This document shows positions 31,083 through 41,536 of a DNA stretch of 64,000 bases, in pieces (the stretch's first letter is position 1; every line of letters starts with the position of its first letter). The notes under the pieces were generated by a model. That model was not told where the DNA came from, did not search any database, and worked only from the letters and a program-made list of their open reading frames with translations. Source of the stretch: an uncultured Planctomycetota bacterium (GTDB taxonomy: Bacteria > Planctomycetota > Planctomycetia > Pirellulales > Lacipirellulaceae); NCBI GenBank assembly GCA_963719315.1, contig CAVRBU010000002.1:640001-704000 (forward strand), given 5' to 3'. A program made the position numbers and the translations under genes.

Positions 31083-31676
31083 ATGCCCCCAAAAGCCGAC
31101 AGCCCTGTCCCAGCTCCGCCATCCGGCTCGGCCGCTTCTGGCAAGCTCGTAATCATCGGCATCCTTGCCGTGGCCCTTGCCGCTGCCGGGATCAGTTGGT
31201 GGTTTCGATTTCACACAACGCACCGCGCGGCTGAATTCTGGGGACCCGAAGCCGCCCAACTCATCCGCGATGCGCCCACGGTCATGTTATCTACGTTTTC
31301 AACACCGGTCACCACGCAATCAACCAAAATTGTAAGCCCGGTACGCGGCGACTATGGGGCTGAACCACAGGTGAGGCACAATGTGACTTCGGCCAAAGGC
31401 CTCGTCCATTTACGGAATGCGCTTTTGGAGGACCAAAGCTTCAACTGGCCATCGCAGCCAACGTCGCCATTCATGCAATGGGAGCAGGCACTAATCTTTT
31501 CCGACAGCAACATGGGCCGAAGTGTGTACGTGCTGTTCTCGCCGGAGCTGAAACTGGTGGCGTCCGTTGAAACGAATCGCACGCTCTCCTATGAAACAAT
31601 TTCTGAGGGCGTCGCCGAAATGTTCGCGGAATTTGAGTCTTTGCCCGCCGATAATCCCGCAGCGCCCGCCCGATAG
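31083..31676 (+). CDS. Hypothetical single-pass membrane protein
   Basis: SGKLVIIGILAVALAAAGISWWFR TM segment; 197-aa ORF. Confidence 0.75.
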   Translation: MPPKADSPVPAPPSGSAASGKLVIIGILAVALAAAGISWWFRFHTTHRAAEFWGPEAAQLIRDAPTVMLSTFSTPVTTQSTKIVSPVRGDYGAEPQVRHNVTSAKGLVHLRNALLEDQSFNWPSQPTSPFMQWEQALIFSDSNMGRSVYVLFSPELKLVASVETNRTLSYETISEGVAEMFAEFESLPADNPAAPAR

Positions 31677-31776
31677 CATCGCCAGCACTCCTCCCAACTC
31701 GCGCTAGGCGCAGCAGCAGCGTCTCCTATAATCCGCCGCTACCCCGACACCTGACACCCGACACCCGACACCTTCC

Positions 31777-32616
31777 ATGCGCAGCATCGCCATCATCAAC
31801 CAAAAGGGCGGCGTCGGCAAAACCACCACCGCCGTAAACCTCAGCGCCGCGCTCGCTCGCTCCGGCCAGCGTGTCGGGCTGATTGACATCGATCCGCAAG
31901 CACACGCGTCGCTCCACCTCGGCCTCGATCCGCAAGCCCGCGTGCCGACGGTGTACGACCTGCTCACCGAGGAAACGCGGATCGCCGATCTCTGGCAGCG
32001 GGCCGCCGCCGCGCCGGAGCAGGAGGAAAACCTGTGGATCGCCGCGTCGCACATTGATCTCGCCGCGGCTGAAGTCGAGCTGGCCGGCGTCGTCGGCCGC
32101 GAAGTCATCCTCCGCGATAAGCTGGCCGAAGCCGAAAAGGACTTCGACTACATCCTCATCGATTGCCCGCCGTCGCTCGGCATCCTCACGATCAACGCCC
32201 TGGCCGCCGTCGATGATGTCTTCCTGCCGCTGCAGCCGCATTTCCTCGCGTTGCACGGTTTGTCGAAGCTATTGAAAACGATCGGCCTGGTGAACAATCG
32301 CCTCAACGACCGCCTGTCGCTCGCCGGCGTTGTGCTCTGTTTGTACGAATCGGGAACGAAGCTGGCCGCCGAAGTCAGTAAAGACGTCGAGCTGTTCTTC
32401 AAGGAAGCCCGCAAGGGCAACCCCGCGTGGAGCAACGTGCGGCTGTTCGAAACCCGCATCCGCCGCAACATCCGCCTCGCCGAATCGCCCAGCTTCGGCC
32501 AATCGATCTTCCAATACGCCGGCGGCTCGCCGGGCGCCGAAGACTATCGCGCCCTCGGCGGCGAAGTGCTCGCCTACTACGCAGGCCGGCAACTGCTGGA
32601 ATCCGCAGCCGCATAG
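31777..32616 (+). CDS. parA: ParA/Soj-family ATPase
   Basis: NQKGGVGKTTT, DIDPQ, DCPPSLG, IRRNIRLAESPSFG. Confidence 0.93.
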   Translation: MRSIAIINQKGGVGKTTTAVNLSAALARSGQRVGLIDIDPQAHASLHLGLDPQARVPTVYDLLTEETRIADLWQRAAAAPEQEENLWIAASHIDLAAAEVELAGVVGREVILRDKLAEAEKDFDYILIDCPPSLGILTINALAAVDDVFLPLQPHFLALHGLSKLLKTIGLVNNRLNDRLSLAGVVLCLYESGTKLAAEVSKDVELFFKEARKGNPAWSNVRLFETRIRRNIRLAESPSFGQSIFQYAGGSPGAEDYRALGGEVLAYYAGRQLLESAAA

Positions 32617-32683
32617 CGGCAAGGCGTAAGTCATCAGCCATCAACTCCGAACGAACAACGGACTCCCCACTCCCCACTCCCCC

Positions 32684-33256
32684 ATGTCCGCCCTCATCAT
32701 CGTCGACATCCAAAACGATTACTTCCCCGGCGGCCGCATGCCGCTCCACGAGATCGAGCGGGCCGCGGCCAACGCCGCCAAGCTCCTCGACCACTTCCGC
32801 ATCACCGGCCAAAAAACGTTCCACATCCAACACACCTGGGCCGACCCCGCCGCTCCGTTCTTCGTGGAAAACACGCCGGGCGCCGCCATCCACGACTCCG
32901 TCGCCCCGCGCCCGGGCGAGCCGGTCGTGGTGAAGCACTTCCCCAACAGCTTCCGCGAATCCAATTTGCTGGACGAACTCCGCCGCGCGGGCACGAAACA
33001 ACTCACGATTTGCGGCGCGATGAGCCACATGTGCATCGACGCCACCACCCGCGCCGCCGCCGACCTGGGCTTCGATTGCACGGTCGCCCACGACGCCTGC
33101 GCCACCCGCGACGTCGATTTTCAAGGCCAAACAGTCCCCGCCAAGGACGTCCACTCGGCCTTCATGTCGGCGCTAGGCTTCGCCTACGCAAAAGTGCTGC
33201 CAACCAAAGAAGTGCTCCGCACTACTCCCTCTCCCTCCGGAACAGGGCCGGTGTGA
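32684..33256 (+). CDS. Isochorismatase-family cysteine hydrolase
   Basis: ALIIVDIQNDYF, KHFPNSF, GAMSHMCIDATTR. Confidence 0.95.
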   Translation: MSALIIVDIQNDYFPGGRMPLHEIERAAANAAKLLDHFRITGQKTFHIQHTWADPAAPFFVENTPGAAIHDSVAPRPGEPVVVKHFPNSFRESNLLDELRRAGTKQLTICGAMSHMCIDATTRAAADLGFDCTVAHDACATRDVDFQGQTVPAKDVHSAFMSALGFAYAKVLPTKEVLRTTPSPSGTGPV

Positions 33257-33447
33257 GGATGCCTTGATCCCTTTCCCTCCGGGAGAGTGCCGGGTTGCTC
33301 GGAACTCGCCGTGGCGAGGTGAGGGCGCCTTGATCCCTCTCCCTCCCAGGGAGAGGCCAGGTGAGGGTTCGCACTTCTGGCTAACAGTGCCCACCAACGA
33401 AGTGCTCCGCACTACTCCCTCTCCCTCCCAGGGAGAGGTCAGGTGAG
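33208..33447. repeat. Cluster of CCCTCTCCCTCC(CA)GGGAGAGG palindromic repeats, including a 30-bp direct duplication
   Basis: Four related units (~33228, 33269, 33336, 33417); GAAGTGCTCCGCACTACTCCCTCTCCCTCC occurs at 33208 and 33399. Confidence 0.75.
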
Positions 33448-33456
33448 CGTCCCTAA

Positions 33457-33550
33457 TTCTGGCTAACAGCTAATAGCTAACAGCTAACAGCTTTTCCTGT
33501 CAGGGTTCCTCCTTCTGGCTAACAGCTAATAGCTCATAGCTAACAGCTTC
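33457..33550. repeat. GCTAACA heptamer tandem repeats
   Basis: TTCTGGCTAACAGCTAATAGCTAACAGCTAACAGC plus a second, near-identical array; related copies at ~33376 and 39620-39648. Confidence 0.8.
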
Positions 33551-33739
33551 CATCGACGTGATTCCTGGCGGCATCCTCTGCATCATTGATCGGCCCTGCT
33601 TGAACCTCCTTCGCGCTCATCCTCGCCGCTCGGTTCTCGACAACTTCTCCACACACTATGCCCGCGTTGCGCATCCGGCTAAACTTGATTGCGATCGTTC
33701 GCTCATGTTCGCGAGCCGAGGCCTCACCTACTACGAGAA

Positions 33740-33824
33740 GTAGGTCCCGCTTGCCGAGCGGGACCCCGGAAAGCGTGCGGACGACGAATTCAGGCCGAGG
33801 TCCCTTCCGGCAGAAGGGACCTAC
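33740..33824. repeat. BIME-like REP doublet (family A), left of the R-M island
   Basis: GTAGGTCCCGCTTGCCGAGCGGGACC ... GGTCCCTTCCGGCAGAAGGGACCTAC. Confidence 0.85.
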
Positions 33825-33919
33825 TAAGACTTTTGGGCAAGGCCCGCCAACTACTTGACATCTGTTCACCTTAATCGGTAAAACAACGGACGCGATTTTC
33901 GCGGGAGGAGACCCGACCG

Positions 33920-35630
33920 ATGCCGGTGCTGCAATTCAAAGGCAAAACGGCGGTGGAAAACTACCACCACACCGTGCCGCACCATCGGCTGGAGTTCGAC
34001 GCCAAGCTCTCGCTGTTGGCCAAGGGCGAAAAGCCATCGCTCGACGGCAACCTCATCATCGAGGGCGACAACCTGCTCGCCCTCAAAGCCCTGCTGCCGA
34101 CCCACGCCGGCCGCGTCAAGTGCATCTACATCGACCCGCCCTACAACACCGGCAACGAGGGCTGGGTCTACAACGACAACCTCACGCAGCCGCAATTCAA
34201 GGAATGGATCGGCCGCACCGTCGGCAAAGAAGGCGAAGACGCCTGCCGCCACGATAAATGGTGCTGCATGATGTACCCAAGGCTGACGTTGCTGCGGGAG
34301 TTGCTGCGCGAAGATGGGTCGATCTGGGTGAGTATCGATGACAATGAGGCGGATGACTTACGCTGTATTATGAACGAAGTATTTGGGAATGACTGTTTCG
34401 CAGCTCAGGTTGCCGTTCTGAACAACCGCAAAGGTCGCGGCCTGCGAGGTGGATTCGCAAAGAGTCACGATTACATAATGGTTTATACCAAGAAGCCCGA
34501 CGGGTGCCGCTTTGAAACGGAAAAATCTAAAGCTCAAGTTGCAGCAGAATATCCAGAAAGAGACGATATCAGCGTCTTTCGATGGCTCGAACTTCGAAAT
34601 ACCCATCGGGAATTTGGCAAGCATAATCGAAAGAATCTTTGGTTCTCGCTTTATGTCAATAAAGCCAATGGATCTGTGAGCCTGATTGGTAAGCGAGGTG
34701 CAGAAGAAATCCTTCCAGTTTGGGAAGATGGCTACAAGGGATGCTGGAGTTGGAGCACAAAGAAGGTTAAACAACAGCCCTTGGACTTGATCGGTCGGAA
34801 GGTGAATGGCAGATGGAAAATCTACAAAAAATCGCGGCCAACACCTCGTAAGCCAAAATCATTATGGCATAAGAAAGGCTACCTAACTGAGCGTGGGCAG
34901 AAATTGCTTACACGAATTTTCGGGAAGCGAGTTTTTCACGCGCCAAAGCCATTAGACCTAATTGTCGAGATCTTGCGGTTCGGCTCTATACCCGGCGACC
35001 TCGTGTTGGATGCAACAGCTGGCTCTGGCACTAGTGGCCACGCTGTGCTGCAACTGAATTCGGAGGGCGAATTTCCGAGAAAATTCGTGCTAATTCAACA
35101 GCCATGCGATTCAAAGAAAGACGCAGAGGAGAACGTCAATATTTGCAAAGATATCACCGCGAAACGTATTCGGCACGTAATTTGCGCAGAGAGAGAGAGA
35201 GAGAGATGCAAGCCCCGTGCCAAAAGCGCAATTCACTTATGCTCGCGTAGGTGATCCATTGTTCGGCGAATACAAAGACTTCGGCGGCAAGCTGCCGCCT
35301 TATGAGGACATCGCCAAGTACGTCTTCTACACCGAAACGAGCCACGAGTTTCCCGGGACGACGAAGAAACAAAACCCGGCCTGGGACAAAGCCGCCGGCC
35401 GCATCGGCGAGCACGCCGGGCGGTCCTATTACCTGTTGTACGAACCGAACGAACGGGAAGACCGCGGCCTGGACCGCGCGTTCCTGAACAAGGTCGCCAC
35501 GAAAGACCCGAATCGCGAGCTGGTCGTCTATTGCGAACGCATCGCCGTGCACCAGGACGAACTGCGAAAATTCCACCGCGAGCACGGCAAACGAATCCGC
35601 CCCATGCTCGTGCCATTCAATCTGAAATGA
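33920..35630 (+). CDS. mod: Type III R-M methyltransferase (Mod), out of frame at an (AG)9 tract
   Basis: IEGDNL..LK, YIDPPYNTG, ISIDDNE-like, PKPLDLI, LDATAGSGTSGHAV (beta-class N6-MTase order); the C-terminal domain continues in ORF 35217-35630. Confidence 0.9.
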
Positions 35631-35645
35631 AAATCACGCAAGCAA

Positions 35646-35706
35646 GACGCGCTCCCCTTCGGGTCGCGGCTAAACGGTTTAGCCGCGACCCGAAGGGGAG
35701 CGCGTC
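35646..35706. repeat. Perfect 30-bp inverted repeat (REP-like doublet, family D) upstream of the HUH transposase
   Basis: GACGCGCTCCCCTTCGGGTCGCGGCTAAAC-g-GTTTAGCCGCGACCCGAAGGGGAGCGCGTC. Confidence 0.9.
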
Positions 35707-35732
35707 CGCAACGATCCATGGGAGGTGTCCGC

Positions 35733-36365
35733 ATGGTTCTTGCATCACACGTCGTCATCGGAATTTACGGTTTCTGGCTTCCCAACGACGAACGCGGATC
35801 ATGGTCAGATTTTGTCGGGTCGTGGGAACTGCTGCGTTTTGGCAAGGCGACCACCGTCCGGGTGAGGCACTCGCTCGCCCGACAACCCTTTGATCCGGCC
35901 AAGCGTGCGGCCGCATTGGCCGCACTCAAATATCCCCCCGTGGCGCTAACGGGATTACAAGCACGGGCAATTGGCGCCGGGTTCGCCGAGTACGCCGGCA
36001 GAATTGGGTTATCGATTTTGGCCTGTGCAATCCTGCCGAAGCACGTTCACCTAGTATTGGCACGCCATCGTCAAACAGTTGAAGAACTGGCCAACCACTT
36101 GAAGGGCGCAGCGACGCGGCGGCTAATCGAAGAACAATTGCACCCCCTATCGGCTCATCAAGGCACGAAGCGCCGCCCGCCGAAAACATTTGCCCGCGGT
36201 CAGTGGAAGGTGTTCCTGGACTCAGCCGCCGATATCGAGCGGTCGATTCGTTACGTGCAGGGGAATCCTCGGCGCGAACATTTGCCGAGGCAGCGATGGT
36301 CTTTTGTCCGAGCCTATGATGCCGACTTGAGCCGCATGGTGCGTGAGTCTTCCCCATGCAATTAA
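35733..36365 (+). CDS. Y1 HUH transposase (RAYT / IS200-like)
   Basis: HVVIGIYGFWLPND, ILACAILPKHVHLV (HUH), IRYVQGNP (catalytic Tyr); no tnpB nearby. Confidence 0.85.
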   Translation: MVLASHVVIGIYGFWLPNDERGSWSDFVGSWELLRFGKATTVRVRHSLARQPFDPAKRAAALAALKYPPVALTGLQARAIGAGFAEYAGRIGLSILACAILPKHVHLVLARHRQTVEELANHLKGAATRRLIEEQLHPLSAHQGTKRRPPKTFARGQWKVFLDSAADIERSIRYVQGNPRREHLPRQRWSFVRAYDADLSRMVRESSPCN

Positions 36366-38954
36366 AGGACTACCAGCAACGGGTCGTCGACGAGGTAACG
36401 CGCTACCTCCAGGCCGTGCTGCGCAAGCGCGAAACCGGCAACCTTAGGCACGCATCCCTTGACGCCTGGCAAAAGCTGTGCCTTGGCCCGTACTACGAAC
36501 AAACCAACCGACTCGGCGAGGACTATCCCAATTTCACGATCAAAGCGCCAACCGGCGCCGGTAAGACGGTTCTCGCGACCCAAGTGCTGGGCGTCATTTA
36601 TCAGACGATCCTCCAGGAGCGCAACGGCGCCGGTCTGGTCCTCTGGGTCGTTCCTTCCAGCCAGATTTACCGCGACACGCTCCGTCGGCTGAGCGACCGC
36701 GGCGACTGGTACCGGATCATGCTTGAGCACGCCGTTTCGCGCCGGATCGAAGTGTGGGAAAAGACCGATATCGCGCGGCTTACGCCCGTCAAGCTCCGCG
36801 ACAACTTGAACATCCTTATTGTTCAACTGGCTAGCACGAATCGTGAAACGGCCGAGCAACTGAAATTCGCTCGCGATTCCGGCGGCAATATCGTTCAGCA
36901 CTTCCCGCCCGAGGACGATGCCGAAGCCCATCGCAATCTCAAGGCCGAATTCTCCAATCTAGACATGATCGAGGATGATGTCGCAGCGCGGACGCCACTT
37001 GGCCGCTACGTCGATCCGCAATCTGGTCCGTATCTGCCGACCAGCCGTTATTCTCGACGAAGGCCATAAGGCTACGAGCCGCTTGGCGCGGCAAACGATC
37101 GCCGGATTCAACGCCTCCGTTCTCGTAGAGCTTTCGGCCACGCCCAAAGAATCTCGCAGCAACGGGTTTCGCCACATCCCGAATATTTTGTGCCGTGTCA
37201 GCGGATCCGAACTATTGCGCGAGCAGATGATCAAGTTGCCGCTGAATATCGCCACCTCAAACGAGCGCTCGTGGGAATCGACGCTCACCATGGCCCGCGA
37301 CAAACGTGTTTCTCTGGCGAGAACGGCCGGTGAGTTCGCGGCGCAGTCGCCGGACGAGCGAGCGATCCGCCCCATCGTGCTCGTACAAGTCGAGCGGACC
37401 GCGCCGACCAGCGCGGCCAGAAGATCGACGGACGATTGGCGATCCATGCGGACAACGTCAAAGAGTATCTGATGCAGCGCCTGGACGTGCCGGAAACCGC
37501 GATTGCCATCAAGACTTCCGCCCAGGACGACTTGAATGTGGAAGGCGTAAACCTCGACGATCCCGAATGTCCGATCGAATGGATTATCACCAAGAGCGCA
37601 CTGCAAGAGGGGTGGGACTGCCCGTTCGCATACATTCTGGCGTCACTGAACAACACCGGCAGCGGACAGGCAATGACTCAGTTAGTGGGACGTATTCTGC
37701 GCCAGCCGTATCAAGAAAAGACTCCGTTTGAGGCGCTGAACGAAAGCTACGTATACTGCCTGCACAAGCGGGCGTCGACCATCGCGGAGGAAGTAAAAGG
37801 CGCCTGGAAGACGAAGGCTACGAAGGAGACGCACTGGGGCTCGTGATCGACGCGACCGGTGACGAACGTCAGTCGGCGACTCGCGAAATTCGCGTGCGCA
37901 GCGAATTCTCGCAAATGTATCCCCAGTTCGAAGGCAAGATTTACCTGCCGCATTTTTGCGTGAAGACAGGTCGCAACTACGAGCCGCTAGATTACTTCGA
38001 ACATCTACTGACCGAATTGAATGTCGATGCATTCCAGTACGACGAGATATCCAGTGAACGTTGGCACCTGGCCAAAGTAGCCAATGAAGCCAAGGACCGC
38101 TTCTACAAGTGGACATTGGGGCAATCGGAGCTTGAGCCACCACGAGTCCGATGTTGATCAATGGGAAGACGATGCGCGAGTATTGAATTGGCTCGTCGCC
38201 AGTCTTCCGTTCGATTGCATCAGCTTCAAGAAGCTGCGGAGAATCGTCGCCCGGATTTACGAGCGGCCTCCGCGCCGCCGAATTGCCCCACATGGTCGAA
38301 GGTCGCCTCGCCTGATTAAGACGGCAGTCCGCGATAGGGTCGCTCGCTTCATCCAGGAGCAAGTGGACCAGCAAACCGAAGCGGTATTCCGCCGCCTGTT
38401 CGACGCGGGTCGGTTGGTTTTCTACTTGGAATGCGCCGCATGCCGTTTTCCGATTCCAAGTCGCGTGGCAATCAAAGCAACACGCCGGCTAGTGCACAAC
38501 GATGGCGAGCAGGTTCAAAAATCTCTGTTCGATTATGTAGAAGACGAACAACACAACGAATACGAGCGTGCCGTGGCGAATCACGATTGACCGGGACGAA
38601 AACGTGTTGTGGTGGTATCGCAATCTAATCGGCGACGACCAGTTTGCCATCCAGGGGTATCGTCGGCATCGCATTCGGCCCGATTTTGTCGTACAGGATA
38701 GGGCCCAGCGGAAGCCTCACCATCGCGTGATCGTACTCGAAAGCAAAGGCAAACATCTGGATTCGAATCCCGACACCACCTACAAACGCAACGTGGCGGA
38801 ATTACTCGAAAAAGTCGGCCACGAAGTCACTTGGCAGCAACTCGGCGAAGATTTTAAGGACCATATCTTCCGCTTCCAGATACTCGACGAGGCGCAGCCG
38901 CACGGCAGCGATTGGAGCAACGCGCTCAAGGAGATTTTGAACGCCGCCGATTGA
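36356..38954 (+). CDS. res: Type III R-M restriction subunit (Res), split by five apparent frameshifts
   Basis: MQLKDYQ, PTGAGKT, ILDEGH, ELSATP, ALQEGWDCP, QLVGRILRQP and a C-terminal PDF...LESKG nuclease motif, spread over six overlapping ORFs. Confidence 0.88.
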
Positions 38955-39064
38955 ATTGCTGGTGGCCAAAAATCGCACCTATCAATCCGTACACCATCTG
39001 CTACATTCAAACTCACGCCGGATCCCGCGGCGTTGGATCTTTGGCAATTTAGCAGAAGTTCCCA

Positions 39065-39148
39065 GTAGGTCCCGCTTGCCGAGCGGGACCTCAGTGGCCT
39101 TGCGCACGCTCCACCTGCACAGAGGCCCTTCCGGCAGAAGGGACCTAC
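39065..39148. repeat. BIME-like REP doublet (family A), right of the R-M island
   Basis: Same two REP units and same orientation as 33740-33824. Confidence 0.85.
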
Positions 39149-39561
39149 TAGCAAACCGTGCCAGAAACGTGACAGGATCGTGCAACTTTGTGAGTAAAGT
39201 CGTCTACTTTTGCACCGACCCAGCTCACGCCGACGCACGATTTCCCGAACGATTCACGCGCGACGCGGTGCGAAAGTAGTGAATTTTGCACGCCAGAAAA
39301 AAAATTTCATCGGTCGCGCACAACTCAAACCCTAGCGCAGCAAGTAGTTGCAACCTCAGTGCGAAACACCCCCTCGCGCAAAACTCGGCCCGCCCATGAA
39401 AACAAGCTGTTTTCGCCAACTGTTTTGCACGCCCTGCGCGCATTCCGAATTTCGAACGAAGCACCAAGCGCCAGCGGCATTGCCCCAACATTCGCAATTG
39501 GCCGCCTCATCCCAGCCACCCGCCGTACCCTGACCTCTGACCACCAACCTCCACACAGCGC

Positions 39562-39603
39562 AAAAAAAACCTCGGCCGGCGGGATCCCTCCCACCGGCCG
39601 AGG
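39562..39603 (-). terminator. Intrinsic terminator after the BBP7 gene
   Basis: CCTCGGCCGG...CCGGCCGAGG stem plus T-run on the minus strand. Confidence 0.8.
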
Positions 39604-39665
39604 ATGTTCATCATCAAACTTCTGGCTAACAGCTAAGAGCTAACAGCTTCCCACGAACAGCTTCG

Positions 39666-41536
39666 TTAATACCGGCACTCGACGCCGGTCTGCAAGCCGT
39701 GCACGATCATCGAGTTATCCGAGTTGATGTTCGCGACATCGGCCCGGCTGCTGAACTGGTCGGGAATCTGTCCGACCGAGGTGGCAATGCCGGTGAGGGC
39801 CACAGCCCGGTAGGCCAGCACGCCGCGCCAATGGCAGGTCACGTCGTACGAACCGCCGACCCGCAATTCGCCCAAGAACGCGACTCTGTCCTTGCTGCTG
39901 CGGACCGTGAACGATTCGCCCGTGCCGGCGAACTGGACCGTACCGCCGCCGCCGCTCCACATCCGTTGGAATTGCGTCATGTGGTTGTTGAAGATGCCGA
40001 ACGTCGAGTTGCAGAAGAAATTCCACTTGCAACCGACGCAGTAGTTGCTTGTCCAACCGAACTGTGGACCGATCAAGTTGTTCTCGATTTGAATGTCGTA
40101 GCACAGCTCGTTGCTGTTGTCGTACGTGAAGCCGTTGTACGCGGCCTGGTCCGGCGCACCGCCGACCCATTCGAGAAACTCCGTGTCGTAGGCGAAGTCG
40201 TCGTCGATGCGGAAGTACCGCACGCCGCACGAACCGTAGCCCGAGTAGTTCACGGCCCAACGATCTTCGTCGCAATCGCACCCGGTGTTGCAGCCGCCGT
40301 TGCAACCGCAGGCGTCGCCGCCGCAGTTGCCTCCGCCGCAACCGGTGGCACAGGTGTCGCAAATCGGGAAGCGGATCACGTTCAGTTCCAGGTTCTGAAC
40401 CTTGAAGTCGGTCCACACACGTTGGGCCAACACCGAGGTGTAACCATCCGCCGGCGCGCCGGAGGAGTCTGAACCGGCATCTGGTAGTCGTAGTAATCGT
40501 TCACCGGCCGATAGGCGTAAGCCCCGCCGGCGCCGTCGCGATCGTACTGCAAACCTGAGAAGCTCTTATTGCTATACACGCGGGTGGTGACCTGATCTTG
40601 GAACACGTACGATTGAGCGTCGTTGTCGATACCCCACCAGCCGAATTCCCACGCGTACGTCGTCGGGCGGGCACAACTGTTGCAGCCGGTGTAGCCATAA
40701 CCGCTGCCGTAGCTATTGCAGTTATTGCAACCGTCGCCGATATGGAACGTGCTGCCGAAGCGAACTTCCACCCCGGGGCGGAAGTCGTAGCCGTTGTTTT
40801 CCGTCGATACGACCGTCGTGCTCTTCGGCGGATAGTACGGGTACGCCACGGCGCCGGAATCGACCTCAACGGCCAACCGCACGGGCGACGGCTCGTCGCG
40901 ATCCATGTACAGGAAGTACACGCCGCCGAACCAGATGATGTCGTTGCCGCAGTCGTCCATGTAGCCGCTGACATCGGGATACGAACCGTTGCATCCGCAG
41001 CCAGCGCCGCCGGCGCCGTAGTACTGGCCGGCCGAATAGCCGCCGGTGCCGCAATTGCAACCCGCAGCCGGGTAGCCGCTCGGCGCCGCGGTGCTTGGGG
41101 CCGCGGCGTTCGGGGCGCCTTGATCAGCCGCCGGCGTCGCTTCTTGAGCCGGCGCAGCGTCCTGCGGAGCGGGGATCGCTTCGGTCGGTTGTGTCTGGGC
41201 GACGTACGGCGTTCCACCGTACACGGCCGGATACTGGGCCATCGCCGTTTGCGGATACGCCACCGGCTGCCGATTGAATGCTGCCGCCGGCGACTGGTAC
41301 GGAGCGACCGGTGTTACCGGCGCTTGATATCGCGCGGACGGGGTTTGTGGATACGCCGGCTGAGTCTGGTAGGCAACGTACGGCGTCGCCGGTGCCGCGG
41401 CCGCTGGTTGCGGCGACGCGGATTGCGCCGGTGCCGGTCGATACGGAGCGTACTGCGCGGCGGCTGGATACACGCCCACGCCCGCCGCGATCGCCGCGGC
41501 AGCCGTCACTCGAATCCAAGCCAGATGGATTTTCAT
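39666..41536 (-). CDS. BBP7-type planctomycete outer-membrane beta-barrel, apparent frameshift ~40455
   Basis: Signal peptide, P/A/Y-rich linker, Cys-Gly-rich segments, GVRYFR.DD, NNLIGPQFG, terminal VHGLQTGVECRY. Confidence 0.8.

Noticed and set aside
31777..32616. parA as a sign of a plasmid or origin region
   Set aside because: No parB, rep or parS seen; the neighbours are chromosomal housekeeping genes.
33208..33550. Possible CRISPR array
   Set aside because: Repeats are irregular palindromes and heptamers without constant-length unique spacers; no cas genes.
33558..33743. 61-aa ORF just before the R-M island
   Set aside because: No RBS or motif; ends in a REP; cannot be supported as a gene.
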